Source: Octopus sinensis (Eukaryota). From it: a DNA stretch of 64,000 bases. A program made the translations under genes and the position numbers. Positions 61,717-64,000 of this stretch are shown here, piece by piece (the stretch's first letter is position 1; every line of letters starts with the position of its first letter). Location: the NCBI RefSeq assembly GCF_006345805.1, contig NC_043017.1:25110001-25174000 (forward strand), given 5' to 3'. The notes below the pieces were generated by a model that worked only from the letters and a program-made list of their open reading frames with translations, searched no databases and was not told where the DNA came from.

Positions 61717-63458
61717 AATAATAATAATTATAATGATAATGATAATAATTATAATAATTATAATGATAATAATAATAATAATTAAAATGATAATAATAAT
61801 AATAATTATAATGATAATAATAATAATAATAATCATAATGATAATAATAATAATTATAATGATAATAATAATAATAATAATAATTATAATAATAATAATT
61901 ATAATAATAAAGTGGCTCTCATGGCTTCTGATCTTAACTGATTGGAAGTGTTTATCATGTACATTGTTTTGTCTTGGCATAAAAGATGGGCTACAACAAA
62001 TATGCACACACAATTATATTTCAAGACATTAGGGGACAGAAGCAAAGCAGGCTTACTTGGATTGTGTACGGGAGTCCCGGCTTGAAGAAAGTCTGAGAAT
62101 CGGTCAAATCGAATTTGTATGGGGACGAAACAAATTTCGCTGACTCGTCCGTTTTAGTTTCAGTGATTGCCGAATCTTTCTCTATAACATTAGCAACGAC
62201 CTTGAAAACTGTCCCCAGGGGCACTGGTTCCTTTGGTAAGGTAATGGTGGTGGTTGTTCTCCCATGCAACAGCTACAATGAAAATTAATGAGGTTAACGT
62301 TTAATTCAAAATCATACACAACAGATGGTGCTCCAGCATGGCTGAAACCAGTAGAAGAGAAAAAAAAAGGAAATAGCTCCAGCAGTACATATTCTAGAAT
62401 TGAAATGGCACAGAGAAGATTAGCATGGCCCCTGCACAAAGATGGCATACGAATTCCTGAAGCGTTCTATATTTATTTAGGGGTAGGTGTGGTTGTGTGG
62501 TAAGAAAGTTGCTTCCAAACAATATGGTTCTTGGTTCAGTCCTGCCACATGACATCTTGGGCAAATGATTTCTACTATAGTCTCAGGCCAACCAAAGCTT
62601 TGTGAGTGGATTTGGCAGATAAAAACTGAAAGAAGACCATCATACATATATATATGTATGTGTGGAGCTGCAATGGCCCAGTGGTTAGGCGTTGTGGGTG
62701 TTTATTGAGCAAAAACACCTAAAGCTCCATGAGACTCCGGCAGGGGGTGGTGGCGATCCCTGCTGTACTCTTTCGCTACAACTTTCTCTCACTCTTTCTT
62801 CTGTTGGCCTGCTCGCTTAGCCAGTGGGGTGGCGTCATTTGAAGGCTAAAACAATGCGAAGCGCATTGTGACCAGCGATGTGTAGCAACATCTGATAGCC
62901 TGGTCGGTCATGGTGATCACGGTGATATATATATATATAGCAAAAATACAAAATGGTACAAGAACGCAAAACAACCGGACAGTAAGGTGATACAAAAATG
63001 GGGCAACAAAACATCCAGATAGACGATACAAAGAAAACAAGGACGGGTCATTCGAAGTTTTTTTTCCTCAGTCAAGTATCAAATTATCTTCACAATTTCG
63101 GCTGATTATACTTGAGATTGCTCCAATCTGACCAGCCCCAAGGAAAAACTATATATATATGTGTGTGTGTGTTGTGTGTGTGTGTGTGTGTGTGTGTCCT
63201 CCCACCAATGCTTGACAACCGATACTGGTGTGTTTACGTCCCTGTTACTTAGCGGTTCAGCAAAAGAGGGCAATATTTATTTATAAATACGAGGCTTACA
63301 AAGAATTAGTATGTGGACTGTTTCTTAACATAATGTGTGCACATAACAGAAATAAACGATGCATTACCTGTCGTTTTAGTTCACATCCCTCCGTGATATT
63401 CGATCCATACGTACACTTCAGTGTCACTTCACCATGAACATATTTTCCATAGAGGTAC
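2689..63458 (-). CDS. C3: Complement C3-like thioester-containing protein, 5'-partial, 32 exons in window (~1419 aa)
   Basis: Manually joined exons with canonical GT/AG and matching phases. Motifs: YxYGKxVxG (MG3), VALSAVD, GCSPGGG, RTKR, CC..C..C..CC anaphylatoxin domain, [32 protein letters not shown]345C. Anaphylatoxin plus C345C domains favour C3/C4/C5 over A2M/CD109. Confidence 0.93.
2994..3120 (-). CDS. C3: C3-like exon E31 (C345C): [43 protein letters not shown]
   Basis: atttgcag| acceptor, AGT|gtaagt donor, 127 nt; C.CP.L..G..YLVM motif. Confidence 0.9.
3365..3549. mobile_element. 185-bp element with 44-bp terminal inverted repeats; one-armed relative at ~50636-50755
   Basis: 3365-3408 vs reverse complement of 3506-3549 match 43/44. 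Confidence 0.75.
4881..4955 (-). CDS. C3: C3-like exon E30: [25 protein letters not shown]
   Basis: ttcattcag| acceptor, CAG|gtaaga donor, 75 nt, phase 1 to 1. Confidence 0.78.
5430..6690. repeat. ~658-bp tandem duplication (SINE plus unique spacer)
   Basis: Spacer GGGAATTTTATAAAC... at 5598 and 6256; three SINE copies at ~5136-5595, ~5790-6255, ~6445-6830 (minus). Confidence 0.92.
9111..9203 (-). CDS. C3: C3-like exon E29 (C345C start): [31 protein letters not shown]
   Basis: cttccgcag| acceptor, TTG|gtaaat donor, 93 nt. Confidence 0.86.
9510..10092. repeat. 33-bp minisatellite GACACAGAATGTGACAAGGCTGGGCCCTTTGAT (~17 units) inside a SINE-like element (~9365-10240, minus)
   Basis: 11-aa periodic [14 protein letters not shown]; single-copy unit at ~8410-8435 and ~33320-33345. 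Confidence 0.92.
10369..10464 (-). CDS. C3: C3-like exon E28 (anchor): [32 protein letters not shown]
   Basis: cccctcag| acceptor, AGA|gtatgt donor, 96 nt; CTKFY...LC...C.C motif. Confidence 0.92.
11489..11717. repeat. Perfect inverted repeat, 103-bp arms, 23-nt loop
   Basis: 11489-11591 equals the reverse complement of 11615-11717 by manual comparison. Confidence 0.93.
12311..12419 (-). CDS. C3: C3-like exon E27: [36 protein letters not shown]
   Basis: gttccag| acceptor, AGA|gtgaga donor, 109 nt; L.PA.I.VY.YY motif. Confidence 0.9.
12447..12780. repeat. (ATC/ACC)n trinucleotide microsatellite
   Basis: Direct. Confidence 0.95.
12815..13105 (+). mobile_element. tRNA-derived SINE family C; copies ~6925-7240, 28570-28890, 39165-39495, 51820-52130, 55795-56030
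   Basis: GGCGCGTGGCTCAGTGGTTAGAGCG head and GTGTTCTTGAGCAAGACAC core repeated. Confidence 0.82.
13221..13292 (-). CDS. C3: C3-like exon E26: [24 protein letters not shown]
   Basis: ctttatag| acceptor, ACG|gtaaat donor, 72 nt. Confidence 0.86.
14395..15305. repeat. 20-bp minisatellite CTCGCTTCCACCCTTG(G/C)TCA (~45 units) with degenerate CT-rich flanks
   Basis: Direct periodicity, occasional 16-bp units. Confidence 0.95.
15626..15713 (-). CDS. C3: C3-like exon E25 (MG8): [29 protein letters not shown]
   Basis: tttcacag| acceptor, CAG|gtaatt donor, 88 nt; GM.VLD..LLTG motif. Confidence 0.9.
15813..15973. repeat. (GATA)n/(GGTA)n microsatellite
   Basis: Direct. Confidence 0.95.
16373..16471 (-). 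CDS. C3: C3-like exon E24: [34 protein letters not shown]
   Basis: ctttgcag| acceptor, AAG|gtgggt donor, 99 nt, phase 2 to 2, bridges E23 and E25 exactly. Confidence 0.82.
16904..17334. repeat. 147-bp tandem repeat, ~3 near-identical copies
   Basis: CCAAGACGAC recurs at 16904, 17051, 17198. Confidence 0.95.
17697..17930 (+). mobile_element. SINE family B with a MetaSINE-like central domain; copies ~1405-1640, 10560-10770, 10815-10990, 29030-29255, 42320-42480, 56510-56710
   Basis: GAGTTCAAATTCC B-box then GCCGAGGTCGA(C/T)TTTGCCTTTCATC..TTCGGG..CGATAAA; Meta-domain assignment from memory. Confidence 0.72.
20880..21530 (+). mobile_element. CR1-clade LINE 3' fragment
   Basis: [15 protein letters not shown]...LEAVQR.ATK, NTRGH, FF..RV..AWN.LP; (ATT)n tail. 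Confidence 0.88.
21965..22508. mobile_element. Fold-back element with ~240-bp imperfect inverted arms
   Basis: 28-bp perfect inverted match 22026-22053 / 22422-22449; further arm similarity inside and outside; ~50-bp spacer. Confidence 0.7.
23043..23212 (-). CDS. C3: C3-like exon E23 (CUB C-half): [56 protein letters not shown]
   Basis: tttgtag| acceptor, AGG|gtgaat donor, 170 nt; G.G.A...Y..C.F motif. Confidence 0.88.
23767..23801 (+). ncRNA. Minimal type I hammerhead ribozyme motif
   Basis: GTTT-CTGACGA-A-GAGC(TCC)GCTT-GAAA-CGT-T-AAAC inside a (TA)n-flanked insert (~23690-23895). Confidence 0.62.
23978..24136 (-). CDS. C3: C3-like exon E22: [53 protein letters not shown]
   Basis: attttag| acceptor, GAT|gtaagt donor, 159 nt; DTV.ALQAL motif. 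Confidence 0.94.
24400..24765 (+). mobile_element. Short element sharing the RTE 3' tail; relatives ~255-600, 28905-29028, 38190-38530, 51290-51580, 52905-53100, 54895-55160, 57610-57880
   Basis: GGAGTGGTTGGCGTTAGGAAGGGCATCCAGCTGTAGAAAC...GTTAAAC(GAT)n closely matches 37530-37690. Confidence 0.82.
24786..25003 (-). CDS. C3: C3-like exon E21: [73 protein letters not shown]
   Basis: attttaag| acceptor, CAG|gtaggt donor, 218 nt; VEATAYALL and WL..QR...G.F.STQ motifs. Confidence 0.95.
26179..26676 (+). mobile_element. Non-autonomous Helitron-type element with an internal ~100-bp unit x3
   Basis: A|TC 5' end, GTCT microsatellite, 3' CCGAGCAACGCCGG hairpin then CTAG|T; no TSD. Confidence 0.8.
26735..26909 (-). 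CDS. C3: C3-like exon E20: [58 protein letters not shown]
   Basis: gtctacag| acceptor, TAG|gtaaac donor, 175 nt; Y..AI.AYAL motif. Confidence 0.92.
27240..28420 (+). pseudogene. Degenerate Tc1/mariner-superfamily transposase, split by the CR1 insertion
   Basis: Piecewise translation [28 protein letters not shown] (27517-27549), resuming after 28295 as ..[20 protein letters not shown]. Confidence 0.72.
27608..28295 (-). mobile_element. CR1-clade LINE 3' fragment, inverted copy of 20880-21530, inserted in a mariner remnant
   Basis: ORF 27871-28275 with the same CR1 motifs; reverse complement matches the first copy in long runs. Confidence 0.88.
29275..29590 (+). mobile_element. tRNA-derived SINE family D; copies ~8190-8380, 62660-62925
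   Basis: GGAGGCGCAATGGCCCAGTGGTTAGGGCAG head, GGTGATCA(C/T)GGTGAT tail. Confidence 0.8.
29681..29758 (-). CDS. C3: C3-like exon E19: [26 protein letters not shown]
   Basis: ttttgtag| acceptor, ATA|gtaagt donor, 78 nt; TAFVLI.L.EC motif. Confidence 0.92.
29897..29942 (+). ncRNA. Minimal type I hammerhead ribozyme motif (Penelope-like element remnant)
   Basis: GACAC-CTGATGA-A-GGCTG(10 nt)CAGCC-GAAA-CGT-T-GTGTT: stem I 5 bp, stem II 5 bp, palindromic ACGT stem III. Confidence 0.72.
30021..30177 (-). CDS. C3: C3-like exon E18 with catalytic His: [52 protein letters not shown]
   Basis: tttttag| acceptor, ATG|gtgaga donor, 157 nt; His codon at 30033-30035. Confidence 0.95.
31579..31654 (-). CDS. 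C3: C3-like exon E17: [26 protein letters not shown]
   Basis: ttttag| acceptor, ATG|gtgagt donor, 76 nt; DGSYAAF..STW motif. Confidence 0.93.
32846..33034 (-). CDS. C3: C3-like exon E16, thioester: [63 protein letters not shown]
   Basis: GCGEQ at 32952-32966; cctgaag| acceptor, TAG|gtaaaa donor, 189 nt. Confidence 0.96.
33959..34060 (-). CDS. C3: C3-like exon E15 (CUB N-half): [34 protein letters not shown]
   Basis: ttttctag| acceptor, CAG|gtgagg donor, 102 nt, phase 1 to 1. Confidence 0.88.
34566..37690 (+). mobile_element. 5'-truncated RTE-clade non-LTR retrotransposon (APE C-terminus, RT, PHD finger, (GAT)n tail), antisense to the C3-like gene
   Basis: ORFs 34566-35366 and 35433-37073 share one frame split by TAA 35364-35366; SQIDYIL/QHRLVV endonuclease motifs, [30 protein letters not shown]; 3' UTR ends GTTAAAC(GAT)n. 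Confidence 0.93.
37245..37512 (+). repeat. 63-bp tandem unit x~4 in the RTE 3' UTR
   Basis: AAAACACCATCCGAGCGTGGCCGT... recurs; 21-aa periodicity in the ORF track. Confidence 0.82.
37944..38058 (-). CDS. C3: C3-like exon E14: [38 protein letters not shown]
   Basis: ttttccag| acceptor; EG...S..LDP.G motif; weak AAA|gttaat donor inferred from the required phase 1 (115 nt). Confidence 0.78.
39578..39790 (-). CDS. C3: C3-like exon E13 (MG7): [71 protein letters not shown]
   Basis: attgaag| acceptor, CAG|gtaagt donor, 213 nt. Confidence 0.9.
41075..41464. mobile_element. hAT-type MITE (390 bp)
   Basis: 14-bp TIR CA(G/A)AGGTTCTCAAC (13/14) and exact 8-bp TSD TTTTAGAC at 41067-41074 and 41465-41472. 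Confidence 0.88.
41697..41925 (-). CDS. C3: C3-like exon E12: [76 protein letters not shown]
   Basis: cttacag| acceptor, ACT|gtaagt donor, 229 nt; LP.S.T.W and LPY.V.R.EQ motifs. Confidence 0.94.
43054..43450 (-). mobile_element. Non-autonomous Helitron-type element, same family as 26179-26676
   Basis: Reverse complement shares the body and the GAGCAACGCCAGGCGATACTGCTAG|T end. Confidence 0.78.
43559..43655 (-). CDS. C3: C3-like exon E11: [33 protein letters not shown]
   Basis: ttatttcag| acceptor, GAA|gtaagt donor, 97 nt, phase 1 to 2; YFPES motif. Confidence 0.88.
44030..47112. repeat. 3.1-kb satellite array, 28-bp unit CAGT(G/A)TGCGTGTGTGGAGCGTCCTTCTT with 22-bp variants (~110 units)
   Basis: Period read directly (44041 to 44069); no + strand stops in the unit, hence three ~1000-aa spurious ORFs. 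Confidence 0.97.
48197..48358 (-). CDS. C3: C3-like exon E10, anaphylatoxin domain: [54 protein letters not shown]
   Basis: gtaccag| acceptor, CTG|gtgagt donor, 162 nt; six-Cys CC..G..C..C..F..CC pattern. Confidence 0.9.
48582..48629 (+). pseudogene. Degenerate hammerhead motif
   Basis: GTCT-CCAATGA-A-GGGATAT(AATAA)ATATCCT-G-GAAA-CAGCTGT-A-AGAC; core mutated, stems retained. Confidence 0.5.
49113..49330. repeat. Perfect inverted repeat, 106-bp arms, 6-nt loop
   Basis: 49113-49218 vs 49225-49330, loop ACTGTA. Confidence 0.93.
49330..49702. repeat. (TA)n/(TATG)n compound microsatellite
   Basis: Direct. Confidence 0.95.
50163..50570 (-). mobile_element. Dispersed retroelement-like repeat ending CCATTGTCTCCCGAGACA...GCCAACAACAA; relatives ~1740-1965 (+), ~48715-48930 (-)
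   Basis: Three copies share the 3' terminus abutting (TA)n; family not identified. Confidence 0.6.
50848..50971 (-). CDS. C3: C3-like exon E9 with beta/alpha processing site: [41 protein letters not shown]
   Basis: atttctag| acceptor, CAG|gtaaca donor, 124 nt, phase 0 to 1; RTKR at 50852-50863. Confidence 0.88.
52497..52760 (-). mobile_element. RTE-like LINE 3' end fragment (second subfamily)
   Basis: LLLWKPS...[19 protein letters not shown] followed by a (GAT)n tail. Confidence 0.65.
53291..53365 (-). CDS. C3: C3-like exon E8: [25 protein letters not shown]
   Basis: catttcag| acceptor, TAC|gtgagt donor, 75 nt; GC.PGGG linker motif. Confidence 0.92.
53533..53933 (+). mobile_element. Non-autonomous Helitron-type element (different body, same terminal grammar)
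   Basis: A|TCTCTATATATAAA start; CCAGAGCAACACTGGGCTATACTGCTAG|T end. Confidence 0.75.
54139..54294 (-). CDS. C3: C3-like exon E7 (MG6): [52 protein letters not shown]
   Basis: cattgcag| acceptor, TAT|gtaagt donor, 156 nt; GDPGA.VAL.AVD.AVYLL motif. Confidence 0.93.
55161..55217. repeat. Perfect palindrome, 28-bp arms, 1-nt centre
   Basis: GCACCTAATTCAATAAAATTATGAAGGT-T-ACCTTCATAATTTTATTGAATTAGGTGC. Confidence 0.93.
55426..55614 (-). CDS. C3: C3-like exon E6: [63 protein letters not shown]
   Basis: ccggcag| acceptor, GAG|gttagt donor, 189 nt; VT.DM.P..R.IVYY..EIVADS motif. Confidence 0.92.
57346..57414 (-). CDS. C3: C3-like exon E5 (MG5): [23 protein letters not shown]
   Basis: cattaaag| acceptor, ATG|gtaaga donor, 69 nt. 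Confidence 0.8.
59065..59193 (-). CDS. C3: C3-like exon E4: [43 protein letters not shown]
   Basis: cattcag| acceptor, AAG|gtaagt donor, 129 nt; Y.S.S.SYL motif. Confidence 0.86.
60210..60245 (-). pseudogene. Degenerate hammerhead motif (sense to the C3-like gene)
   Basis: CTTT-CTGTTGA-A-GA..TC-GAAA-CAT-A-AAAG; A6 mutated, ACGT changed to ACAT. Confidence 0.42.
60400..60600. repeat. (TA)n punctuated by GGCGA, four times
   Basis: Direct. Confidence 0.9.
60736..60912 (-). CDS. C3: C3-like exon E3 (MG4): [59 protein letters not shown]
   Basis: gttcag| acceptor, ATA|gtgagt donor, 177 nt open, phase 0 to 0. Confidence 0.8.
61635..61910. repeat. (AAT)n with GAT/TAT variants
   Basis: Direct. Confidence 0.95.
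62057..62272 (-). CDS. C3: C3-like exon E2: [72 protein letters not shown]
   Basis: cattgtag| acceptor, CAA|gtaagc donor, 216 nt; [13 protein letters not shown] motif. Confidence 0.92.
62376..62474 (+). pseudogene. U6: U6 snRNA retrocopy
   Basis: Ungapped match to the canonical U6 sequence (from memory) from nt 7, about 17 mismatches in ~97 nt; ACAGAGAAGATTAGCATGGCCCCTGC intact; first 6 nt missing and no U6 promoter seen. Confidence 0.88.
63368..63458 (-). CDS. C3: C3-like exon E1 (MG3): [30 protein letters not shown]
   Basis: ttcacag|G acceptor, CAG|gtaatg donor, 91 nt, phase 2 to 0. Confidence 0.88.
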
Positions 63459-63656
63459 CTGTGAAGAAAATACGCATGATAATGATGATGATGATTTCAA
63501 GTTTTGGCACAAGGCCAGCAACTTCGGGGGAGGGGGTAAGTCGATTATGTCAACCCCAGTGATCAAGTGGTACTTATTTTATCGACCTCGCCCCCTAGAG
63601 GATGAAAGGTAAAGTCAACCTCAGCGGAATTTGAACTCAGAATGGAAAGATACCAC

Positions 63657-63698
<42 letters not shown>

Positions 63699-63729
63699 AA
63701 ATAATAATAATAATAATAATAATAATGAA

Positions 63730-63764
<35 letters not shown>

Positions 63765-63900
63765 AAATAATAATAATAATGAAAATAATAATGAAAATAA
63801 TAATAATAATGAAAATAATAATGAAAATAATAATAATAATAATAATAATAATGAAGATAATAATAATAATAATAATGAAAATAATAATAATAATAATGAA

Positions 63901-63932
<32 letters not shown>

Positions 63933-64000
63933 AATTAATAATAATAATAATAATAATGAAATTAATAATAATAATAATAATAATATAATAATAATGAAAT
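63657..64000. repeat. (AAT)n punctuated by GAA, runs off the window
   Basis: Direct. Confidence 0.95.

Noticed and set aside
63030-63150. Hammerhead-like GGCTG..CAGCC-GAAA on the minus strand
   Set aside because: No recognisable CUGANGA core before the stem; too decayed to call

Overview
AT-rich animal genomic DNA, very probably octopus/cephalopod (inferred from dense (TA)n/(CA)n/(AAT)n microsatellites and tRNA-derived SINE and RTE families; not database-confirmed). Almost the whole window is one minus-strand gene: the 3' ~85% of a complement C3-like thioester protein. I traced 32 GT-AG exons by hand (63458 to stop at 2689; 4261 nt, about 1419 aa) with consistent phases and no internal stop. 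The product carries MG domains, an RTKR beta/alpha site, a six-Cys anaphylatoxin domain, the GCGEQ thioester, the catalytic H-x-E and a C345C domain. The N-terminal exons lie beyond the window. Introns hold a nearly intact RTE LINE with a PHD finger, CR1 and mariner remnants, three Helitron-type elements, MITEs, four SINE families, a U6 retrocopy, several minisatellites (including a 3.1-kb 28-bp array that explains the long ORFs), two perfect >100-bp-arm hairpins and several Penelope-type minimal hammerhead ribozyme motifs. No CRISPR array, rRNA or true tRNA gene was found. All coordinates were read manually; repeat boundaries are approximate.
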